Position numbers and translations under genes: made by a program. A DNA stretch of 64,000 nt from Trichoplax adhaerens (lineage: Eukaryota > Animalia > Placozoa). Location of the stretch: contig NW_002060946.1 of assembly GCF_000150275.1 (NCBI RefSeq), forward strand, positions 7,981,555 through 8,045,554. The letters are read 5' to 3'. Shown here piece by piece: positions 26,595-38,460 of the stretch; the stretch's first letter is position 1; each line of letters starts with the position of its first letter. The notes beneath the pieces were generated by a model. The model was given only the letters and a program-made list of their open reading frames with translations, had not been told where the DNA came from and searched no databases.

Positions 26595-29211
26595 ATGGCT
26601 GCAGTCGATGCTATGTCAACGACTGAATCGATAGACGAAGCAAACGAAAATGTTTCGGCCTTACCTGGCCCGCCTGCAATCAATATCCAAGATCGAATAC
26701 ATATTAACACGGTGTTTCAAGACTCTATCGATCAGTTGGCAGTACTAGGAACAATTTTACCAATTTCGCTTGAACACAGTGCAAAAGCTGATTATGTTGA
26801 AAAGGTAAATAGCTCTACGAATAATATTGCGTTAACATAATTGCTTTACAGTTAGTCATAGTAGTATCGGAATGTTCTGCTTATGTTATATTCGTTCAAT
26901 AGTTCTACTTTTATTAAATGATCATAGTAGCAGTTATAAATCGAATCATTTCTCTCATAAAGGTTGTTGGTGACGAAATTAGTAAGATAGTTGAAGGACA
27001 AAGGCAGCTGGAATCGAAATTCGAGAAGGTCTGTATACACTCACAATAATTAACTTAATTGATTCTTTACTGTGTCCTAGAGCTCTACATAATGTAATAC
27101 TTGCCATAACCCGAATTGATTATGTATTCTAATCATTTATAGCTTATTATGGAGAAAGGGGATGGCAGAGACCGTAAAGTTAAACTTGGTGATAATGATG
27201 ATTATTATGATGTAACGAAATCAATTAAAAGTAGCACACAAGGTTAGAATGGCACTAGAAATACAATCATCGACATTGCATACTTATTATTTGTATTGAT
27301 TAACTACTGTAGGTCAGGTTAAATAAAATTTGATTAACATATATTCAATTATATAAATATATATAGCACTTGGTAGAAGTTTGAAAACTAATCCTCTAGG
27401 TACCGATATATTACTGAAAATGCAAGATGACAGGTACCTAGACGCATGTAGTGCTTTTTAAGATATGTAATGATGCTTACCACCAATACGTATGTTTCTG
27501 ACTATGAACTTGTACCTTTTTACACAATCATATTAGAGGGTTTCTACAAGATATAATGGAAGAGGCAATGGCTGAGGTTCACGAACACGGAAGCTTTAGT
27601 TGTATGGCGGAATCAGTTAAAACCGAACAAAAAAAGAAGAGTGACTTATTACAAATTATACAAAAGTAAATTTTTAGTATGCAATTACTATCCATTATCT
27701 AGTTCATAGAATCATTGTATCTTATATTGTCATTTTGGGGGACTTTCAGGGAAGAGGCTGCTCGCAAGAAAGTAAAAACATTACAAAAACAACTCCAAGA
27801 AATCAAACGTGACAAAGAAGTTCAAATTCAGGTTAATAAATTATGATTAAAGCATTGGTATCCATTTTATATTTAAAAGTAATGCTAGATAAGATATAGG
27901 TTTGTTGATGCCGACTTAAACTAGACTATTTCTTTAATCATTTATTGCATATAAATAGCAACGAAATGAGATGATTGCACACTTGAAAGATCAACTACAA
28001 GAAATGAAGGCAAAGACGAGTATGGAAGGGAAGTATATAAAGAAAGAAGCTGAAGTAAGAGTATTATGTACTCAAAAGAAATGTCAGCAATCTGAAAGTG
28101 AACTGAAAGAAGATTATCAAGTAATAACTACACTTATGCCTTTAATGACAATTATTTAATCATTTCTCATCGTTGAAATATCCTGTGAATTAATTTAACT
28201 TAAATGTGAACTACTGTAGGGATTGCAAAGCAAGATTGATGATGAAAACAGAACTAACAATGAAATTGAAACTTATCTACGACAACAACATAAGGTTAGT
28301 TCACTAAGTAAAAACTGAAAGCCTAAATTTCATTAGGCTTGACTGTTATAGCAATAATTCCAATTTTCACAAATGCTAACTATATCACTAAATACTCAAA
28401 AGAATTTTATGCTTATCAGACTGTTTAATTAGATTACTAATTAATTTCCTTTTTGCTATTTTTATTACGACAGATTCTTGAAGAAAAGGTCGAATATTGG
28501 ATGGAAAAGCATGAGAAAGAAGTTGAAGCAAAGCAGCGTGATTTAGATACATTGAAAGTATGAAAAATAACTAGCTACTAAATCATAGTTTGTTTAATTA
28601 TCTATAATTTGCTAATTTATATTAAACTGTTTCTTCCTTTCACTATATAGTCGAATCGTGCTAATGACTTAGCAAGACTACAAGAATTGACGCAACTGGT
28701 AAAAGCTAACTACTCGTATATCCAACATGCTTGATTTTTCAATCTATTTTAACATTTACTTTCTTTATCAGTATCAACAATATGAAGAAGTTGTTATAGA
28801 AGATAGATTAGAAAAGGAGAAAGCTAAAAAATTAGAAGAGCAAAAATGGAAAGAAAATAGAGCTGCTATTAAGGTACTTTTTTGACTAATTTTAGCATTA
28901 ACAGCCCTATATCTATATGAAGTATAGTAGATTTTGAAGCATCTACCTTATTAATTGAAACCTTATAATTAGTATTGTTTAAATACGGTTAAATTGCAGC
29001 ATCACTGTTTTCTAAGTAAATAAATGAAATTAATTGCGTACAACAGATACAAGCATGGTGGAGAGGAGTAATGGTTCGAAAGCGATTACATAGCAAACGC
29101 AAAAAAAGAAAGGGAAAAGGAAAAAAAGGTAAAGGCAAAGGCAAAGGAAAAGGAAAAGGAAAAGGAAGAGCTAAAGGAATTGGCAAAACACGGCCAATTA
29201 AAAGAAAATAA
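26595..29211 (+). CDS. IQCG: IQ domain-containing protein G / dynein regulatory complex subunit 9, multi-exon
   Basis: Coiled-coil exons (QRNEMIAHLKDQLQEMKAKTSMEGKYIKKEAE; LEEKVEYWMEKHEKEVEAKQRDLDTLK; SNRANDLARLQEL), IQ motif AAIK|IQAWWRGVMVRK and a Lys/Gly-rich tail. Stop TAA at 29209-29211. Confidence 0.9.
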
Positions 29212-30455
29212 GTCTTTTACCAGTCGGACTGTTATCGATCACTGGCAGCAAGACATTTTAATATGTATTAGTTACCAGCGGAAGATTGCTCTTATATCGC
29301 TCGAAATCATAAACCAAAAATTGGAATGCATGTCGAAGTTACTAACATTATACTGCTTAAAGGAATTTTAATTTAAGTAAACAATTTCATTTTTATCGTA
29401 TTGAGAATTTACTGTTGATTTTTCACGTTAAATATACAATATTTTACGCTTTTCATACCGTCTTAAAGTAAGTGTAATTAATTTTACTGTACAAATCATC
29501 ATAAACTTTGTAGATAATTAATAAGTATCACAATTTCATTTCCATGCTTTGCCTGCCTATTCTATTGGTTAAATACGATTTAATATGAACATTTATATAA
29601 TAGAGTAACTAGCCTGCCAAAGCAGTGTTATTTGATTCGCTAGCAATAATTAGCTAATAAACTGCCTGTCGATTCGCCATTTCGTAATAAAAAGAAGAAA
29701 TTGTAAATTGTGCTTTACTTGCTGTAGGCATTACAGTTAACAGCTTAGACGATAAAGTTATTGCTCATAATTTCACTTCATGCGAAAGGTATCTGAGTAA
29801 ATACGAGTATAGGAAATATCATTTACGCATGATAGCAATCAAGACTTGATAACTGACAACTCGCTATTCGTAAAATATATCAGTCGATAGTCCAAGCTAC
29901 AAGCTTATAGCCCGATGCTAATATCTATCACTATACACTTTTTGTATTTTGGGAGTATCCACTGCAATTTTTTCCCCATAATGTTTAAAAAGATCCACCG
30001 CATTTAATTAGAAAGGCTAGTTATATTGTGTATATACAGTAGTAACCTGATTAGCAATTCACTAATCCTTCTTACAAAAGCAGACACTAAATCACGAGTG
30101 TGCTTGATAAATAAATTTGTAACATCTTAAGTTTACTCCCATACCTACTGAGTAATGGCAGAACAAGTTACAAAAGTAACGCTTTCAAATTTTTAGCTGC
30201 CGTAGCATAATCTTTCAGCTAGCACTATAGTTCTGACTACACTAATATAAAGCCTACTTGATCAACAGCTGACAAGAACATTAGAACTTCAGCAGCCTCA
30301 AGTCATCACTAAATGCCACTAATTGCGGTAGAATACGCTCCATTACAATTTTAGGCTACCACTTATAATTATCAGAAACAATAACTTTCACAACCCGAGT
30401 GTACACATAGAACTTTACATTTTATTCAGTTTAGTATACAAACAACTTCCTAAGA

Positions 30456-31651
30456 TTACACTCTGGAAGGATAGAGCATCTAGCAAAAATAGAAGAAAGG
30501 ATGATCGATTAATACAGTTATTTACAACAACTTTCCATCTAAAAGATGTCATAATAGCACAACAAGACTTATAACAAGATTGAATCAAGTTAAGTGATAA
30601 TTAAAAGTTTGTAAGCACCGGATGAGGGTAATCACTATATGTTGATTGTGAATGTAAAGTAATGTACATTGCGAAATTATAGCAACAGTGTCAATTGTAA
30701 GTACGTCAAGCATGTTTATTCGTACAGTACTATAATTCTGGATCTTTATGCTGTAAAATAAATACAGAAGATTAAAGATTTATAGTAAAACTAATGATAA
30801 CCTAGCGGGATCATCAAAGACACATTGTATTATACTGTAGGAAATAACTAATGGCAAGAATGGTGTCATAGTAAAGGGCACTACATTATCCAGATACTGT
30901 AGCGTATGACTAAAATTTTTTGTCAGAATCTGGTAATACCTTCACACCAGCATGCTAGCAACTGCAGTACTTCAACAACCATAACATAGAGTATCTACAG
31001 TAGCGAATAGTACCCAATCTTTCTAATCTTTACCTATTGGCAGATGAAATATTTCTGCGACGGAATATCTTTTTTATTACTTGGCAGATTTATATTATAG
31101 TACTGTGCTATCTATCAGTGTTTGATTTGCTTTCAGACTATTATGACAATAATCATTGCTAGGAAAGTACGATCGTTATTTAATTCTAACTGTCAATAAC
31201 ATACCACATGAACAGTTGCACCCATTGATTTAGGAGGAAGATTGTGTCTAAACTTTGCACGGACTACTCCACTATTACCGTGTGATCTTGTAACCTTGCC
31301 CCACATCACTCTAAATTTGGAAGCATTACGCGTTTTTCGTAAAGTGGCTTTCGTCTTCTTTTGAGCACGGTAAATATATGCGACTCTCTTGCCCAAGTAA
31401 AATTCAGTTTCGTTCTTATTATTTACACCTTCGATACGAATGAGAGATGTATTCGTATGTTGATTGCGTAAGCCTCGCTTATAGCCAAGTATTAAGCCTT
31501 TCGTGTATAGTCTAACGACCAATAATGAAGTGAAATATTTCATTACATTGGACTATACAAAGACAAGGAGTTTCCTACGTATTGCAATCAATTATGTATA
31601 TTCTACTAGCATATCGACAAGGTATGGCGCTAACCTGGTTGAGTTGGACAT
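30456..31651 (-). CDS. RPL35A: 60S ribosomal protein L35a (eL33); coding exons 31651-31635, 31511-31205, 30479-30456
   Basis: Spliced product MSNSTR|[29 protein letters not shown]...[33 protein letters not shown]|MLYPSRV*. Confidence 0.97.
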
Positions 31652-31975
31652 TGTGATAATATTACGACTCCAAAGCCTATTAATACATCCAAGAAATACT
31701 ACATTATACATTGCCAATGCAAAAGTTAAACAACATTGAGCCTATCCAGTAGAACAAGTAAGGGATATCAAGTCATCAACATGGCGTCTATCCACGCCAA
31801 CTAGTGACAGTAATAAAATACTGCTACAGCATCACTAAACATCCATCGGGTAAAAATCAGTCAATATCCGTTCATAATGGATGATAATACAATTATTTAA
31901 GCTTAAAGAATTATCATCAAGATATTTTCTAGGTAGAAAAAATAAAAAATTTTACGGCACATCTAAAATGCTCAC

Positions 31976-32012
31976 CCAGTCTGACAGCAACAATTCGAGA
32001 AGAAGGAAGAGA
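31976..32012 (-). promoter_or_regulatory. Probable non-coding first exon of RPL35A starting with a 5'TOP/TCT pyrimidine tract
   Basis: Minus strand TCTCTTCCTTCTTCTC (32012-31997) followed by donor TGG|GTGAGC at 31975, typical of ribosomal protein gene starts. Confidence 0.7.
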
Positions 32013-32914
32013 TTGTGGCAGCGAGGTAATTTTGCGACTGCGCAATTTAAATACCATCATGACGCATGCTTCCTTTTTCAAGGTACTTCGGACGTGCGGA
32101 CGATCGGCCTCAATAACGCCTTAAAAAAAGGTGCGTTCACACGATGAACTTTTTCCAGGGTAAGGGTACTAGCCGCAAGTTTCAGACGGGCGGACTTTCA
32201 GACCACGTAAGGCCGAAAATATCGAGACTATTTCAATAGTACCAAACTTCTGTGTCTGTTTTCTTATGCACTATTTTAATTTAGAAATGATTGATGAAGT
32301 TATATAACTGCTTTCAAGCAAAAACTTAGTCCAATAGAATAGAGCTCAATGAAATATTACTTATTCAATTAGAAAAAATAAGTCAAACATGGAATCGAGC
32401 ATCACCATACTGCCGACTAGAAAACGAATACAAGTGTTTGGAACAGACAGACAGGCAATACTGTTCAGTCAGTGTTCACTCATTGTTGTGTTTTTTAAGT
32501 GGTTGAAGTCTCTCATAGGCAGAAAGAGACGGGACAGACAACAAACGGTTGTTCACAATAGTCATCATGTGGAGGCTGGCTCTTTTGTTGGTCATTTCAA
32601 CTGTATCGCATGTCTGTAACGATACACTATACTGTCAGCGATTGACATCCAAATTAGCCTGCTAAGTTGATTTTGTGCAGTATGGTATACTGTATACTTT
32701 GATTGGTCCAGCTTGTATTTCCCACGGATGTAAGCAATGTTCTATACAGTACAGTACTGTACCATAGCAATCAAGATGCCGACCGCCTGTACTCCACTAC
32801 AGTACTGTGCATTAGCCCTGTCAAGAACATGTCTCTTCATTCTTCAATTCTTTGCTGGAATTCTTCAACTTTCATGTCAGCAAAAGAATTTAAGGAGTGG
32901 AGACGTAATGTGCC

Positions 32915-33295
32915 GTGTACAGTGTACAGTGTACAAAAGTCTACAGTTTACAGTACTTTACATTGTACTGTCTTAGCAAGTACATTACAGTACAGTACTA
33001 CACCACTGAGAGTGTACTGAATACAGTAGGACGTCAATGGTACAATGTACAGTACTGTACGTACTTACTTGTGACTGAAGTTGTGAGTTCAAGTACAGTG
33101 TACAGTGTACAGTACTGTACCGCATTCTTGATGTACTGTACAGTACAGGACATTGTACAATAGTCTACAGTTTACAGTACTTTACACTGTATTGTATTAA
33201 CAAGTACAGTACGGCACCACTGAGTGTGTACTGAATAGGACGTCAATGTTACGATGGACGTACAGTACTTACTTGCGACTGAAGTGGTGAGTTGT
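32915..33295. repeat. TACAGTA/TACTGTA-rich ~225-bp duplication between the RPL35A and CCNB3 promoters
   Basis: AGTCTACAGTTTACAGTACTTTACA...CACCACTGAG..TGTACTGAATA..GGACGTCAATG..GACTGAAGT occurs twice (~32938 and ~33162). Confidence 0.8.
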
Positions 33296-33414
33296 GATTC
33301 CAATTTTGCTTTTTCTTTGTTCTGTTTCGTTGGTCACATGACATCTGCTCAACCAACCCGTAGCCAGGCTTGAACTAGTGCCTGGGGTAGATTTAAATCG
33401 CATCTTCATGATCG

Positions 33415-33450
33415 CTGATTGGCCAACTCAGCCTAAGCGTCAACTTTGAA
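33415..33450 (+). promoter_or_regulatory. CCAAT box (reverse) plus CHR element in the cyclin B3 promoter
   Basis: CTGATTGGCC (~33415-33424) and TTTGAA (33445-33450); a TTTAAA variant lies at ~33392. This is the usual G2/M gene promoter layout. Confidence 0.5.
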
Positions 33451-33763
33451 AATAACCGCATCCTTCTACAACATCGACATCATCGCGACGCTTGACACAC
33501 TGACTGACGTCAGGCTGATTTACCAAACAAGCGTTTCGACTGGAGGACGTGAAGTAGGTTGAAGCTTGATCGTGTCACCCCACTCGGTTGACCACGTCTG
33601 TGTACATCAGTCTCGGCAACTGCTTGACGTTGCCATTGTTATTCTTGACCTGCCAAGTCAATTTCAGCTTATCCCATACAAATTGCTACAAGCAAGACAG
33701 AAACTTCACCAGCGTTGATTTTCTTCATTTTCAGCCTTCACTGAGGGTAAAATTCATTGAAAA

Positions 33764-36700
33764 ATGGCTCAACTGATTGATAAATTGAATTTAATGGTCA
33801 ATAGTAAAGGCCTTCAGGTAAATCGATCGATCCTAGATTGAAATTTCATGTCGTGGAGTAGCCGGTAGATGTCAACTCGCTCTTTGTCAGTTTTGCCATT
33901 TTTGTGTACACAGTATCAAACCTTCAATGAACAACATGACTGTCATTCTATCCTATCCCTAAATATCATTTCAGCCTTGAATTTTCAATAGATTCATTCT
34001 GTCTAGTCCATTGAAATCATGACTAATCTTGTCATGACAGTTTATAAAAGATAATTGTATCAAGAGGATTCAAATCTTGCATGACATTGAATCATTTTGC
34101 TCTTTCTCTCTCTGACTCTCTCTTTCTCTTGCTGCACTTTTCAAACGTTTTTTTCTCCTTGTATTTTTTCCTCTTTTCAACCGTACACGCCCCCCTCTCT
34201 ATGGTCAAGCATCCCAAAGCCAATTCAGTAACGGCTGCCAAGAAAAGAACGATCGAAGAATCATCCGATGATTATCCATTAACCAGTAAGAAAAGAGCTG
34301 TACTAGAAGATTTAACGAATGTAAGTACATCAAGAATTGAATCCCTTGATCGTCATGTTTGCAATTTTTATCTCTCTCTTTCTCTTCCATGCATATTGCT
34401 AATCAGATCATAGTGTATGGGTAATAACGACAAATGGATAAGAATGGAAAACAAACTTGAAATTTTCCATCTTACTTTACAGTCGACAACTTGATTCTAC
34501 ATTTCATTCTATTGATTACTCGTGGATTACGTAATGTATCCAGATATCCTCTAGACCGTAGACGTTTCATGATGTAACATTTTAAGCATTATGTATTGTA
34601 ACACGATACCATGGCAAAGGAAAGAATCGTAAATTGTAGTGTACTTTAAAGGATGGTACCTCCTCCATCAATCTCAACTTTCTTACATGACCAAAATCGA
34701 AAAAGGACCAATTTTTGACACGTTTCATGACAGGATCTTTCCCGTAAGATGTTTACAATATGTATAACCAACCATATCCAGACACGTAGACTTTGATTTA
34801 GGTTCAATTGAACCAAAAAAATGACAAGTTTATTCACAACGAGAATATATAATCATTATACTGCGTATAAAATGTTGTTAGTGGATAAATTCATTTAGCA
34901 AGAACGATATCGTCAATAGGAACTGGTTTTTCAATTGGTCATAATTTGTAGTAGATACTGCATGGAATAGATAGAATTAAAGATAGAAATACATTTTTCG
35001 TCAAATATAAATTATAAATCAAAAGCTACTTTCAATCCCGAAACAGTTGTATTTTCAGATTAGAACGTAATATTCAAGAGAACAGTGTCAATGGATATTA
35101 CAATTATCAGAGTGGTATCGAAATGGTAAACTATGCTCAATAAGGAGAGAAGTAGTATAATAAATAGAGGATAATAGGTCGATTAAAAATACGTGACGAG
35201 TTGATATACTATCGTAATCCTGTCCATGTATACCAACAAGAACTATACTAATTACAATCCACTGATGTAAACCGTCACTTGAGTACAGTATACTGTATAA
35301 TGTACTACTTTACCTCACCATATTGCAACAATTTATGAAGGCGTTCCGATTGTAAAGTTATACTGTGTATGACTAATTTTATCGACTGTATAATCCGTGT
35401 CAAACACGAATTCTCCGCAATAATTACTATTGTTGAAGAAATCAGCTTTGTTGACTCTACATAACAAATATTTTTCCTGGCATGGTGTCATTACTGTAGA
35501 GAGTGTAAGTTTAGCAGTGAGTTACCTAAGAAATAATGGATCAATTTACTTACATGTTAATTAAAATAATGGCTCAGTAACATGATTTAAATTGACAACG
35601 GGTCATACATGCATAGAATGAAATGCTAGTGCTAGCAATACAACAGATGTTTATTATCTACCAAAGAATAATGAAAAGACAACATTTTTGACAGCTTGTG
35701 ATCGAGGAGTGGGAAAATCCGTATTCGCTTCTTTGCTATTGCCTAATCAAGTATCTCAAAGTATACATATACCATGCATATTATTGTGAAACTACAGTCC
35801 AAACAATAGCTGCTGATGATTCATTACAAACAAAGTTATCATAACTTCAGCCCATTCAAACGATTTATGCTTTAAAGTCGTATTCTAATTAATAAATGCC
35901 ATGTTGAAAACGATATGAATTCAGTTAAAGAAAATTAAAAAGAATTTTCAGCAGACATAGGCTCTTAAAGTTTAATATCCGCAAAAAGTAATTCTAGATC
36001 TACTGGATTACATTGCGTGAAACTACAGTGTAAAAGAATTGACCTATTGAATAGTTGACTAAGCTACCGTAAATTATAGCTTCATAAATGCAAGTATTAA
36101 ATTAATGTATTGATTTTCTAGGCTAGCCAAGACACCTTATTAAAATGGCATAATCTAAAGAAGCAACAAACGAATAAGAACAACGTCGAGCAAGTGCAAC
36201 AACAAAATGAAGTTAAAGATCATGAGAGTGATTTAGGTCGAATTAAAACTAATATACATGAATTCCTCAAATGCGATGAAGATGATGTCGTCGATGGTAA
36301 AAGGTATTACAAACTTGTATGATATGTGTGTTTTTGAACCTGAAAATTTCAAATTTGAAAGGATATAAATTTATTCTGAAAGCAGTATATTTACACGATA
36401 AATTACATTTGCCTAATATTGCATAAAAATTTTATGACTTATCAGAATACTTTATTTTTTTAGCAGCTGTAATGAAAATGAAGAATCTAAAATTTCAACA
36501 GCACACCTTTCAACGATACTCAGTGAGGTAAAATAACTAATATCTTTACTTACAATGTTACGACGCATTAGTTTGAACTACATTTAACTTACATTTCGAT
36601 TACAGTGTAAACCCTGATCTACTAGTACTACATAATAATATGATATATAAGGGTTTCACTCGTTACCAACATCACTTTGCGAGTACTTTAATTTAATTTC

Positions 36701-38460
36701 TTAGAAACTAATGTAGCAAGCGTAGTAATACCTGATAGTGAACTGAGCGAATAATTAATTATTGTACAATAGCAATGAAACTTATTTTTGTGCTTCCTGA
36801 TAACATAAAAGATCTACGTTATCTTCTTTTGGACTCGCATTTAAACATCTTCAAATATTATTTTGATCATTATGCCAAACTTTATCATTTTAACAGGAGG
36901 TGCAGCGCGTACTGACATTACCCAACGATGTCGCGGACATTGACGAAGCTGATTTAACTGACCCTTTCCGTGTTGCTGATTACGCTCCAATAATATTTGA
37001 AAACATGAAACAAAGAGAAGTAAATATACACGCTTACACTATCGATTATAAACTTTTAATTCGAATGATGTAGCTACATTAGCAATTAATCTACTATTAT
37101 GACTAGCAAGACTTTTTATTAGATCAGTTTCTATATTAAAACGCTTTAGTAATTATCTAATTAATAATTTGTAACAGTTGTTGTACAGAAATGTTTTAAT
37201 CGATCTATGTAAATTTGTAGGCGCAACTAGTCGTCAATGATTATTTAGAACGTCAAAATGATATTACAGAGCAAATGAGAATGATACTTATTGACTGGCT
37301 TTGTGAAGTACAACAAAATTTCGAGTTATTTCACGAAACATTATATCTAGCTGTTAAAATTGTCGACCGATTTCTATCAGCTCGTGTCGTCTCAAGAGAC
37401 GCTCTACAGCTTATAGGAGCTACGGCTATGCTGATGTCATCTAAAATTGAAGTAAGCCTACTCTACCATATATTTGCTTGTCATTTTCAAATTGTATTAC
37501 AGTATTATTTCTTCATTTTTTTTGCTGAAGATTGATTACTTATAAACTCTAAATAATTATAGGAAAGATATCCGCCATTAGTGGATGATTTTGTATATAT
37601 TTGCGATGACGCCTATAGTCGACAGGCTGTTTTGGACATGGAAAGAGATATTTGCTACGCTTTAGATTTTGATTTAAATATTCCTATACCTTATAGATTT
37701 TTAAGAAGATACGGAAAGGTTAGAAATTTCTATATAGTGAAAGCACTGTACTTTCTTGTGTCATTGTAACAGCGCTATTACTCATACATCATTCTCATCA
37801 GTATATCAAAGTTTGCACCAGATCTAAGAATTTGATCACCATCTGTCAATAGGTAGCATCCCTCAGCATGGAAAATTTAACGTTAGCTCGATATATATTA
37901 GAGCTAACTTTACAAGAATATCAATTTGTAACTTTTAAACCATCTATGTTGGCAGCTGGATGCCTATGTCTCGCTTTGAAAATGAAAAATTGCGGTGAAT
38001 GGGTATGTATTTGCCAACATGAACTAAAATACCTTTACAATACTTAATAATTCTGGAAGTGGAATATTATGTTTAGCATCATATACAGCATATCTAGCAT
38101 ATGATAGAATGATATCATGCAATTATGGAAGTAGTTGGAATATTTTGGTATAGTATTAATTTTTTATCTTATCAGACTCAAACTCTAGTTCATTATTCTG
38201 GATATGAAGAATCTGAACTAAATGAATTAGTACAGAAATTAAACGCTATGATAGCTAAACCGGCACCAGAAAATTGCAAAGTTGTAAAGACAAAATATTC
38301 TCACACGTAAGGAAATAGATAGCGTTTAAATACATATTTCAAGTAGAAATAAATACTAAATATCATCAGTTGTAATTAATTTTTTCGTTTATTAATTGCT
38401 TTTAGGGTCTTTTATCAAGTTGCTAATATAGCACCCTTACAACTTGAAACGGATGTATGA
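33764..38460 (+). CDS. CCNB3: Cyclin B3, multi-exon; start at 33764 (alternatives 33794 or 34201)
   Basis: D-box RAVLEDLTN. Cyclin box MRMILIDWLCEVQQNFELFHETLYLAVKIVDRFL, plus DDFVYICDDAY and DLNIPIPYRFLRRY, which are B3-type. The exon ending CTTCAG|GT at 33817 splices in frame to AG|CATCCCAAA at 34210. Stop TGA at 38460. Confidence 0.92.

Noticed and set aside
30605-30720. H/ACA-like boxes in the last RPL35A intron
   Set aside because: The lower stem of the 3' hairpin cannot be formed and the spacing is off.
31851-31925. C/D-like TGATGA...CTGA in RPL35A intron 1
   Set aside because: Weak terminal stem and no convincing rRNA or snRNA complementarity.
32389-33163. Overlapping plus-strand ORFs rich in TVQY/STV
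   Set aside because: They are translations of the TACAGTA repeats in promoter DNA.
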